The position numbers and the translations under genes were made by a program. This document shows, piece after piece, positions 29,959-37,911 of a stretch of 51,700 nt of DNA. The DNA is from Bacteroidales bacterium. Its GTDB lineage: Bacteria > Bacteroidota > Bacteroidia > Bacteroidales > M50B96. Under the pieces are notes generated by a model. That model saw only the letters and a list, made by a program, of their open reading frames with translations, was not told the origin of the DNA and ran no database searches. The DNA is taken from positions 1-51,700 of the forward strand of contig JAIPAR010000003.1 of the NCBI GenBank assembly GCA_021739985.1, in the 5' to 3' direction. Numbering within the stretch: the stretch's first letter is position 1; the number at the start of each line of letters is the position of its first letter.

Positions 29959-29965
29959 TTAAAAA

Positions 29966-31834
29966 TTAGCTGTTTATCATTTCATCCAATTCGAGCCAAC
30001 GAATTTCTTTTTCATCCAAAAGAGTTAGCAATTTACCTAATTCTTCGGTTTTTTGAATCAATTCCTGTACAGGTAATTTCCCGGAATTGAGTGCTTCTTC
30101 TAGGTTTGCTTTTTGGGCAGCAAGTGTTTCTAATTCTATGATAAGTTGTTCATATTCATGCTTATCCTTAAAAGAGAATTTTTTAGTTGAAGTATTGTAT
30201 TTTTTCTTCTCCGGAGCTTCATCGCGAGCTGTTTTTATTTCTCCGGCCATCCTGCTGGCTTTGTATTCCCGATATAAACTGTAATCGCCCGGGTAATCTT
30301 TGATAATCCCATCACCTTCAAAGGCAAAAACATGATCAATCACTTTATCCAGAAAATAGCGGTCGTGGCTAACAATCAATACACAACCGGAATAATGTTG
30401 CAGATAATCCTCCAGGACACTTAAGGTCATGATATCGAGGTCGTTGGTTGGTTCGTCCAATATTAGAAAATTGGGATTTTGCATCAAGATAGTGAGGAGA
30501 TACAATCTTCGTTTTTCGCCGCCCGAAAGCTTGGTAACCGGTTGATTATGCATTTCATTCGGGAACAGGAAATAGCTCAGAAATTGGCTAACCGAAAGTT
30601 TTCTTCCATCTCCTAAAGTAACAATCTCAGCTTTTTCCTTTACAACGTCGATAACGCGGGTGTTTTCATTGAATTGAATTCCATCCTGACGATAATAGCC
30701 AAATTTGACAGTTTCGCCTAAATCGATGGTTCCGCTGTCGGCCCGTAGATCACCGGTAATGATATTGAGGAAGGTTGATTTTCCGCAGCCATTTTTCCCT
30801 ACAATTCCAATTTTTTCGCCACGTACAAATTTGTAGTTAAAGTCTTTGAAAAGGAGTTGTTGTTCGAAAGATTTTGAAAGGTAATGCAGTTCGAGTATCT
30901 TTTTTCCAAGGCGTTCAATTTTGATATTAAGATTGATTTGCTTGTCATGCATACGGCGACTGGCTTCTTCTTTAAGCTGATAAAAAGATTCAATACGGGA
31001 TTTTGATTTGGTAGTGCGCGCTTGAGGCATTCGGCGCATCCAGTCAAGCTCTTTGCGGTAGGTATTTTTAGCTCTATCAACAGAAGCATTAAAATTTTCG
31101 ATGCGTAATTCACGTTTTTCGAGAAAATACGAGTAATTGCCTCGATAGGTAAAGAGTTCTCTTCCATCGAGTTCGATAATTTCGTTACAAACCCGGTCGA
31201 GAAAATAGCGGTCGTGGGTGACCATGAACAAAGTTGAATTACTGTCTTTTAAGTAAGATTCGAGCCATTCAATCATTTCCAGATCCAGGTGGTTGGTAGG
31301 TTCATCAAGAATCAACAATTCGGGTTGATCAATCAAAAGTATTGCCAATGCGAGCCTTTTTTTTTGTCCACCGGAAAGCTGTTTGATTTTTTGCTGAAAT
31401 TGATTAAAACCGAGTTTACTGAGGATTTGTTTGATTTTGGCTTCGAAATCCCAGGCTTGTAAATCTTCCATGCGCTGTAAGGCTTTTTCCAACGCGGATT
31501 TATTTTCATTAACAAGCGCAATCTCGTAGTTGCGAACAGCAGTCGAAAATTCAGAATCAGATGAGAGGACTTGCTCCAGGATAGTTGATTCGGGGTCAAA
31601 ATCCGGGTCTTGTTGCAGGTAGCCGATTTGCAGATTGTTTCTTTTGGAGATAAGGCCGGAATCAGGCAAGTCGAGGCCGGCCAGGATATTCAGCATAGAA
31701 GTTTTCCCGGCGCCATTTTTGGCTATCAGTGCGATTTTTTGGTCTTTATCGATGCTGATATTGATGTTCTCGAAGAGGATTAGGTCTCCGTATGTTTTGG
31801 TAATACTCTCTGCCTGCAGAAAACTGATAGCCAC
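29966..31834 (-). CDS. ABC-F family ATPase (tandem ABC domains, Uup-like C-terminal coiled coil)
   Basis: 622 aa. Two Walker A sites (AKNGAGKTS, GKNGCGKST) and two signature motifs (LSGGQKKR, LSGGEKRR). No TM domain. Confidence 0.85.
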   Translation of the reverse strand: MAISFLQAESITKTYGDLILFENINISIDKDQKIALIAKNGAGKTSMLNILAGLDLPDSGLISKRNNLQIGYLQQDPDFDPESTILEQVLSSDSEFSTAVRNYEIALVNENKSALEKALQRMEDLQAWDFEAKIKQILSKLGFNQFQQKIKQLSGGQKKRLALAILLIDQPELLILDEPTNHLDLEMIEWLESYLKDSNSTLFMVTHDRYFLDRVCNEIIELDGRELFTYRGNYSYFLEKRELRIENFNASVDRAKNTYRKELDWMRRMPQARTTKSKSRIESFYQLKEEASRRMHDKQINLNIKIERLGKKILELHYLSKSFEQQLLFKDFNYKFVRGEKIGIVGKNGCGKSTFLNIITGDLRADSGTIDLGETVKFGYYRQDGIQFNENTRVIDVVKEKAEIVTLGDGRKLSVSQFLSYFLFPNEMHNQPVTKLSGGEKRRLYLLTILMQNPNFLILDEPTNDLDIMTLSVLEDYLQHYSGCVLIVSHDRYFLDKVIDHVFAFEGDGIIKDYPGDYSLYREYKASRMAGEIKTARDEAPEKKKYNTSTKKFSFKDKHEYEQLIIELETLAAQKANLEEALNSGKLPVQELIQKTEELGKLLTLLDEKEIRWLELDEMINS

Positions 31835-31947
31835 AATGATTGTTTTTGAAATTCGGTCAAAAGTATCAAAATTCCGGGAGATTGGTTGATAAGGCTTGAT
31901 AGGGAGTTGAATCAGCTACTGATCATCAGGTTTATGCATGCAGCTTT

Positions 31948-32020
31948 ATGGTTAATGATAAATGGTTAATGATTGATGGTTAATGATTGATGGTTAAAGA
32001 TTGATGGTGAATGATTATTG
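31948..32020. repeat. 14-bp tandem microsatellite (about 5 copies of ATGGTTAATGATTG)
   Basis: Units are ATGGTTAATGATAA / ATGGTTAATGATTG x2 / ATGGTTAAAGATTG / ATGGTGAATGATTATTG. It abuts the stop of the YqhA-like gene and lies upstream of the ABC-F gene. The same motif forms the leader of array 2 at 49198. Confidence 0.75.
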
Positions 32021-32023
32021 ATA

Positions 32024-32560
32024 TTATTCCTCTTCATCCGGTGAGTGATGCATGATTTTATCGGTGTAGGCCAGAAGTAGTGCAGATAAGATAAAGACCA
32101 GGTGAATGGCAACCTGCATAATGGCATCTTGTAGCGGAATATTGTGGATGTCGATAAAGGTTTTAAGCAGATGAACTCCGGAGATACTTACTAATGAAAC
32201 GATTAGCTTAATCTTTAATGTGCTGGAATTAATTTTACTTAACCAAACCGGTCGATCTTCGTGACCCTGAAAATCAATTTTACTTACAAAAGTGACATAA
32301 CCACCAATGAAGACTACGACTAATAAATTGATTACCATGGAAATGTCTATCAATCCCAGGACTGATAGCAAGATCATGTTTTCATTCATTACCTGGAATT
32401 CGAAGATTAGATGGTGCAGTTGGATAAAAAACTTGAAGGCATAAACCAGGGATGCGACGATTAGGCCGAGATAAATGGGGAGCTGCATCCACCTGCTGAA
32501 AAAGATAAATTGCTCCAGGATATTTTCGATTCTTTTCATAGGATTCGCTTGAGATTTCAA
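32024..32560 (-). CDS. UPF0114/YqhA-family inner-membrane protein
   Basis: N-terminus RIENILEQFIFFSRWMQLPIYLGLIVASLVYAFKFF matches the conserved YqhA N-terminal motif. Three to four TM helices. Confidence 0.65.
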   Translation of the reverse strand: MKSQANPMKRIENILEQFIFFSRWMQLPIYLGLIVASLVYAFKFFIQLHHLIFEFQVMNENMILLSVLGLIDISMVINLLVVVFIGGYVTFVSKIDFQGHEDRPVWLSKINSSTLKIKLIVSLVSISGVHLLKTFIDIHNIPLQDAIMQVAIHLVFILSALLLAYTDKIMHHSPDEEE

Positions 32561-32623
32561 ATATAAACCGGATTTTGATTCGGGGGTTCATTCTTTTAAA
32601 TTTTATTAACCACAGGAGAGCTG

Positions 32624-33004
32624 CTATAATACTATTCTTTTGGTTACCAGACTGTTTTCTCCAAAGTTGGCTAAAATTCCCAGTTTGTTTCCGGAGATTT
32701 TAAGGTAATTAATTGTTTGAGCGGTAAACAACGGGTTCATCATGGAGGTAGCTTTTACTTCCAGAATGATTTTCCCGAAGACTACAAAATCGGCTTTAAA
32801 AAGGTGAGGTAGAACAATATCTTTATATCTCACTTGATATTCCTTTTCCCTATCATAAAAGATATTAGCGGCAATAAACTCATATTCCAGTGCATCTTTG
32901 TACACTACTTCCAGAAAGCCGGATCCCAGATTTCGATGTATTTCCATGCAAATTCCATTGATCAAGTAACTCTCTTCTTTGTAAATAATTTCTGTTAAGC
33001 CCAT
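32624..33004 (-). CDS. GxxExxY-family protein (small PD-(D/E)XK-like fold)
   Basis: 126 aa. ESYLINGICMEIHRNLGSGFLEVVY (G-x-x-E-x-x-Y), then ADFVVFGKIILEVKAT and QTINYLKISGNKLGILANF. These match the family consensus. Confidence 0.8.
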   Translation of the reverse strand: MGLTEIIYKEESYLINGICMEIHRNLGSGFLEVVYKDALEYEFIAANIFYDREKEYQVRYKDIVLPHLFKADFVVFGKIILEVKATSMMNPLFTAQTINYLKISGNKLGILANFGENSLVTKRIVL

Positions 33005-33132
33005 TTTCGATAGATAATAAATATAGTTACTTGCTAATATACTGCAACTTGAATGGGGATTTGAAATTTTACGTCGAATGCAGGTTCTATTTTGTGGTTT
33101 AGTACTATTGATTCATAGCTGGGATATTTTTT

Positions 33133-33840
33133 AGCCACGGATTCACGAATTGAGTAGCCACGGATTCACGAATTGGTTAAGCCACGGATTCACGAATTGG
33201 TTAGCCACGGATTCGCGAATTGAGTAGCCACGGATTCACGAATTGGTTGAGCCACGGATTCACGAATTGAGTTAGCCACGGATTCACGAATTGGTTGAGC
33301 CACGGATTCACGAATTGGTTGAGCCACGGATTCACGAATTGGTTGAACCACGGATTCACGAATTGGTTAAGCCACGGATTCACGAATTGAGTTAGCAACG
33401 GATTCACGAATTGGGTAGCCACGGATTCACGAATTGGGTAGCCACGGATTCACGAATTGGTTGAGCCACGGATTCACGAATTGGTTAAGCCACGGATTCA
33501 CGAATTGAGAAAGCCACGGATTCACGAATTGAGAAAGCCACGGATTCACGAATTGAGAAAGCCACGGATTCACGAATTGAGAAAGCCACGGATTCACGAA
33601 TTGGTCGAGCCACGGATTCACGAATTGAGTTAGCCACGGATTCACGAATTGAGTAGCCACGGATTCACGAATTGATAAGCCACGGATTCACGAATTGATT
33701 TAGCCACGGATTCACGAATTGGTTGAGCCACGGATTCACGAATGTGTTTGCCACGGATTCACGAATTGATTTAGCCACGGATTCACGAATTGAGAAAGCC
33801 ACGGATTCACGAATTGGTTGAGCCACGGATTCACGAATTA
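33133..33840. repeat. tandem repeat array 1: about 30 copies of a 23-24-bp unit (core AGCCACGGATTCACGAATTG plus a 3-4-nt variable tail)
   Basis: Counted directly: 30 units. The 20-nt core is essentially invariant, with only 3 units carrying a single core substitution. Each unit is followed by one of about 10 different tails (AGT, GTTA, GTT, AGTT, GTTG, GGT, AGAA, GTCG, ATA, ATTT). One unit near the 3' end is broken (cacgaaTGTGTTTg). Non-coding. The last unit supplies the final codons and stop of the MFS gene. Confidence 0.9.
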
Positions 33841-35015
33841 CATGATTTGGGGTGGGGGATGTACAAAATAAAATAGCCGGCAACCAGGACAGCAACTATC
33901 CCTGAGCTAAGAAAGGCTGCCGTTGCTCCAAACTGATACCAAACAAAGCCGGTTAGCGAGCTGGCCAGCATAGTGCCGATGCTCTGAAAACCTGCAAAAG
34001 TCCCAATTGCTGTAGCTGTATCTTTTTTCTCCGATATATTTGAAATCCAGGCTTTCGAAATGCCTTCTGTAGCAGCGGCATAAATTCCATATAAGAAAAA
34101 CAAAATAGCTATCCATATCAAATCTTGGCTAAACGCCATGCCCACATACACAACTCCAAACATGATTAATCCACCTACAAAAATGCGCTTCAAACCGATT
34201 TTATCAGCTAAAATCCCCAATGGAAATGCAAAAAGTGCATAGATCAAATTATAAAAAATATACACCCCAATTACTGCTGTATCACTTAATCCGGCTTCCT
34301 TTGCTTTGAGCAACAGAAATACATCGGAACTATTAAAGAGCGTGAAAACTAAGAGACCAACCACCAATTGCTTATAAGCTGCCGGACTTGTTTTCCAATA
34401 GCTCAAGAATGAAAAAAAGCGAATCTTTTCGCTTGGTTTTGGTTGATAAGTGGGTTTATCTTTTATCAGAAAGGAGGATGCAATTGCCAACAAACCTGGA
34501 GCTAAGGCTAACAGGAAGAGTGTCTTATAATCCTCGGGATAAAAATACAGATATAGCAAAGCTAGTAAAGGGCCAATCACAGCTCCCAGGGTGTCCATTG
34601 ACCGATGAAATCCGAAAACTTTTCCTTTAGTGGCCGGTGTCGCTTCGTCAGATAATAAGGCATCTCTGGCTCCTGTTCGGATTCCTTTGCCAAATCGGTC
34701 CATCGTTCGGGCTAAGAAAATCCAGACCGGGAATACAAACAGAGCCATCATTGGCTTTGAGATGGCACTTAAAGCATAACCAAGCTGTATGAATGGAGCT
34801 CTTTTCCCACTAACATCTGAGCGCTTCCCAAAATAGCCTTTACTCAAACCGGCTGTTGCTTCCGCCAATCCCTCCAATATCCCAATAAGAACAATTGAAA
34901 ATCCAATGGTTTTCAGATAGATAGGCATGATTGGATATAGCATCTCACTGGCCATATCAGTAAATAGGCTTATCAACGATAATACCCAGATTGTCCGTGT
35001 AAGATACTTCCTCAT
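33831..35015 (-). CDS. MFS transporter
   Basis: 394 aa, 12 TM helices with the characteristic MFS loop motifs. The C-terminal ...NS* codons are read from the first unit of repeat array 1. Confidence 0.8.
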   Translation of the reverse strand: MRKYLTRTIWVLSLISLFTDMASEMLYPIMPIYLKTIGFSIVLIGILEGLAEATAGLSKGYFGKRSDVSGKRAPFIQLGYALSAISKPMMALFVFPVWIFLARTMDRFGKGIRTGARDALLSDEATPATKGKVFGFHRSMDTLGAVIGPLLALLYLYFYPEDYKTLFLLALAPGLLAIASSFLIKDKPTYQPKPSEKIRFFSFLSYWKTSPAAYKQLVVGLLVFTLFNSSDVFLLLKAKEAGLSDTAVIGVYIFYNLIYALFAFPLGILADKIGLKRIFVGGLIMFGVVYVGMAFSQDLIWIAILFFLYGIYAAATEGISKAWISNISEKKDTATAIGTFAGFQSIGTMLASSLTGFVWYQFGATAAFLSSGIVAVLVAGYFILYIPHPKSCNS

Positions 35016-35018
35016 GCT

Positions 35019-35489
35019 TTAATCGCCTTCCAACATTAGGGTTTCATTTTTAGCCTGGAGATACTGAATTAGTTCGTTCAGTACATCCCGCAGGTCAACC
35101 AACTTTGGCATTGAAATGTTTTCGTTTTCTAAATTCTTTAACAACTCTAAGGGTATTTGAGCAGCCTTCTCCTCCAACGCTTTGCCTTTTTCGGTGAGTT
35201 TGATAAGAACTTGGCGCTCATCGCTTTGTGAGCGTGAGCGATGAATAATGCCGTTCATCTCCATTCTTTTCAATAAGGGAGTAATCGTGTTAGTGTTTAG
35301 GAGAAGTTTTGTAGTTATTTCACTCACCGTAATGGAATCATTTTCCCATAAAACCATCATCACCAAATATTGTGGATAGGTGAGGTTTAACCTCGACAAA
35401 TAGGGTTGATATTCACGGGTAATCAGCCTTGATGCCGTGTAAACCGGAAAGCAAAGCTGATTACTGAGTTTGAGTTGTTCGTACGGCAT
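35019..35489 (-). CDS. MarR-family transcriptional regulator
   Basis: 156 aa. Winged-HTH region LTYPQYLVMMVLWENDSITVSEITTKLLLNTNTITPLLKRMEMNGIIHRSRSQSDERQVLIKLTEKG. Confidence 0.8.
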   Translation of the reverse strand: MPYEQLKLSNQLCFPVYTASRLITREYQPYLSRLNLTYPQYLVMMVLWENDSITVSEITTKLLLNTNTITPLLKRMEMNGIIHRSRSQSDERQVLIKLTEKGKALEEKAAQIPLELLKNLENENISMPKLVDLRDVLNELIQYLQAKNETLMLEGD

Positions 35490-35494
35490 GGGTA

Positions 35495-35977
35495 TTAGTC
35501 TAAATACTTAGCAAGAAATTTGTCAATCGTTTCCGGCTTGGTAAAAGGAGAAAATCGTTTAACAGGTTTCCCATTTGAATCAATTAAAAATTTAGTAAAA
35601 TTCCACTTAATTCGGCTCCCAAATGTACCATTTAATTTGCTTTTCAAATACTTGTAAATGGGATGTGCATTCTCCCCATTTACGTCAATTTTGGCAAACA
35701 TCGGGAACGTTACGCCGTAATTAATCAGACATTCTTCCTGAATAGTTTTGGCATCGCCGGGTTCCTGATTGGCAAATTGATTACAGGGAAAACCCAGGAT
35801 TACAAAATCTTTCGGGAGGTATTTTTGGTACAATTTTTCGAGTCCGTCGTATTGCGGAGTTAATCCACATTTGCTGGCTGTGTTAACTATCAGAATCGTT
35901 TTTCCCCGGTAGGACTCCATGCTAATTTCTTTACCTTGAAGACTTGTAGCAGAGAATGTATAGAAAGGTGTATTCAT
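35495..35977 (-). CDS. glutathione peroxidase
   Basis: 160 aa. GPx signatures: active-site Cys in NTASKCGLT, FPCNQFANQEPG, and WNFTKFLI. Confidence 0.9.
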   Translation of the reverse strand: MNTPFYTFSATSLQGKEISMESYRGKTILIVNTASKCGLTPQYDGLEKLYQKYLPKDFVILGFPCNQFANQEPGDAKTIQEECLINYGVTFPMFAKIDVNGENAHPIYKYLKSKLNGTFGSRIKWNFTKFLIDSNGKPVKRFSPFTKPETIDKFLAKYLD

Positions 35978-36423
35978 TTTTTATATCGTTTTAGATTATA
36001 TCGTTTACGATACAAAAATATATATCTTTTTCATCATGGAAGAATTTATGTTCTTAAAAAATGATAAAAAGCCAATATAAATAAAGGACACAAAATCCCT
36101 TTGGGATCGCATCATAAAACGATAACAAATTGCGATATACAAATAATCCCTTCGGGATAAGACCATTAAATTAAATCAGTAGCTCAGATAAAAAAATTAG
36201 ATAGAGAGTCGAAGTGCCATAAGGTTGGAAATCAAAGAATCAGCCTTTTGGCGCTTCTTTTGCGCGGGTTGCCAGCATTCTATTCCAGAGATAGCAGCGT
36301 GGAACCCGCGCCAGAAAAATAGGAAGCATCCGTTTTCTATTAATATTGCACCTCAACGACCTTAGGCTGAGCACGTCTTTGTCTAGACCCATAATCCTAA
36401 TAGTAATCGGGAGGATGGGCTCA

Positions 36424-36575
36424 TCGCCAAATCAATAAAACCTTGAAGGTCTAGAAAGAGGGGATAATTGACCATTCAACTACCGATAACATTGAAGGTA
36501 TCGTGGTGCGCCTTTCAATAAAAACCTTGAAGGCCTAGACAGAGGGAATAATTGAAGATCAAACTACCGAAAACT
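36424..36575. repeat. two tandem direct repeats of about 65 bp, about 85% identical, inside an 840-bp ORF-free block
   Basis: TCAATAAAACCTTGAAGGTCTAGAAAGAGGGGATAATTGACCATTCAACTACCGATAACATT versus TCAATAAAAACCTTGAAGGCCTAGACAGAGGGAATAATTGAAGATCAAACTACCGAAAACTT. Followed by a perfect 16-nt palindrome cccgaaagctttcggg (36585-36600). Confidence 0.5.
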
Positions 36576-36818
36576 TTTCCCGAAAGCTTTCGGGATTAAC
36601 CTTAGCGAGCGTTAGGGATTGGAGTGGAAAGCCCGGAGCGAGCCACTCCTACGAGACGGAGATAGGAGCGAGGAAAGAGGATTTCACGGATTTGAGCGGA
36701 TTACACGGGGGCGCGAGCGAGGACTTGAAACGGAAAGCCCGACCCGAAGGGGAACGCCCAAAACAATTTGAAATATCGGGAAGATTAGAAAAGAAGATGC
36801 AAAAGAAATCAAGCTTAT

Positions 36819-37208
36819 TTATTGCCGGAGCCATTGAATAGCAGCCGGCCTGGAGGAAAAAATACGTACTATAAAGCCAATATGCTTATTGGCCTCGCTT
36901 TCAAAAAGCAGGCAGAGAGCAGTATTCCTCGGCTCACTGACAATCATAGCCTGTTTTTTATCCTTTAAAACAGGTTCCAAGGTTGCTAAGAAATTGACTA
37001 TCAGATCACAATCGGAAACCGCCATATCAAAATAAGCTTCAGAATAATCAGTCAGTAAATTGTATTTCAATTGTGTAAATTCTTCCATCTTGAGCAGTTC
37101 AGTCCATGCCAATCCAATTTCTTCCTTATTAAGCACGCCGGTATGCGTGTAATGGATAGTCTTTTGTGGATGATTCACAATTAATGAGAAATTTGTTTCG
37201 GCAGCCAT
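36819..37208 (-). CDS. hypothetical protein (129 aa)
   Basis: Intact ORF, co-directional and 17 bp downstream of the pentapeptide-repeat gene. No recognisable motif. The size is compatible with a small alpha/beta STAS-like domain, but this is unsupported. Confidence 0.5.
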   Translation of the reverse strand: MAAETNFSLIVNHPQKTIHYTHTGVLNKEEIGLAWTELLKMEEFTQLKYNLLTDYSEAYFDMAVSDCDLIVNFLATLEPVLKDKKQAMIVSEPRNTALCLLFESEANKHIGFIVRIFSSRPAAIQWLRQ

Positions 37209-37225
37209 AGGAGAATCTTTTTAGA

Positions 37226-37798
37226 TTACATTTCAATGCGTAAATCGTATTTTTGGAGCAGGCCGCTGAGCCCGGAGTTTGAGAATCTGGCTTTCTTTAA
37301 TCGATTGTTCTCGGGATCAATGATAAAATTAAAGGCAGTTCGGAAATCCGCCTTCTCCAGATTAGTCCTGTCGAACTGAGCATTAAGCAAATCACAGGAA
37401 TCAAAGACTGCTTCGCTTAAATTACATTCTGTAAAATCAACTTCTTCCAGCCGGGAACCAGCAAACCGTATTTTCTTCAAATTCCGCTTATAGAAAGTAG
37501 AATGATTCAACTGACAGTTTTCAAACGTAAAAGACAGACCGAATTCATTGCAGGTATCGAAAGCTAATCCCAGCATTTTACAATTCTTAAAGTGAGTATC
37601 CCGAAAGGTGGTTAGGATTAGTTTGGTCATACTCAAATTGCAATCTTCAAATCGGCAATCGGTAAACACGCATTCTGATAAATCACAGCCCGATAAATCG
37701 CAGGATATGAACCGGCAATCTTCGTACTCTCCGGTGGGAAAGCTCTTTAGGGTATAATTGATGTTTTCGAAGACCAAGTCAGATTGATACGATTTCAT
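37226..37798 (-). CDS. pentapeptide-repeat protein (Qnr/McbG/MfpA-like right-handed quadrilateral beta-helix)
   Basis: 190 aa. Consecutive A(D/N)LxX pentapeptides: CDLSGCDLSECVFTDCRFEDCNLSMTKL...FTECNLSEAVFDSCDLLNAQFDRTNLEKADF. Confidence 0.8.
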   Translation of the reverse strand: MKSYQSDLVFENINYTLKSFPTGEYEDCRFISCDLSGCDLSECVFTDCRFEDCNLSMTKLILTTFRDTHFKNCKMLGLAFDTCNEFGLSFTFENCQLNHSTFYKRNLKKIRFAGSRLEEVDFTECNLSEAVFDSCDLLNAQFDRTNLEKADFRTAFNFIIDPENNRLKKARFSNSGLSGLLQKYDLRIEM

Positions 37799-37911
37799 CG
37801 GATAAAAAATTGTTTATCAGGCATATATTGATATGATTGACCAATTTGGTCACTCAATTATTTGTCCAATGAAGTTAAACAATTAAACTAGTCTGTAAAA
37901 AAAAATCTTGC

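Noticed and set aside
33133-33840. Interpreting arrays 1 and 2 as CRISPR arrays
   Set aside because: The variable parts are only 3-6 nt and the conserved part is 18-20 nt. There are no spacers of 25-40 nt, and no cas genes or leader-like AT tract in the window.
33201-33895. Three minus-strand ORFs (73-77 aa) translating to QFVNPWL, IRESVA or NQFVNPWL heptad repeats
   Set aside because: They are read-through artefacts of array 1. Two of three frames of the repeat lack stop triplets, and the unit length alternates between 23 and 24 bp. The frame therefore drifts, as seen within ORF 33665-33895. There is no start context.
35380-35392. Single DnaA-box-like 8/9 match (tgtggatag) inside the MarR gene, considered as an oriC hint because parAB is nearby
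   Set aside because: It is an isolated match inside a CDS with no cluster of boxes and no AT-rich DUE, so it is not evidence for an origin.
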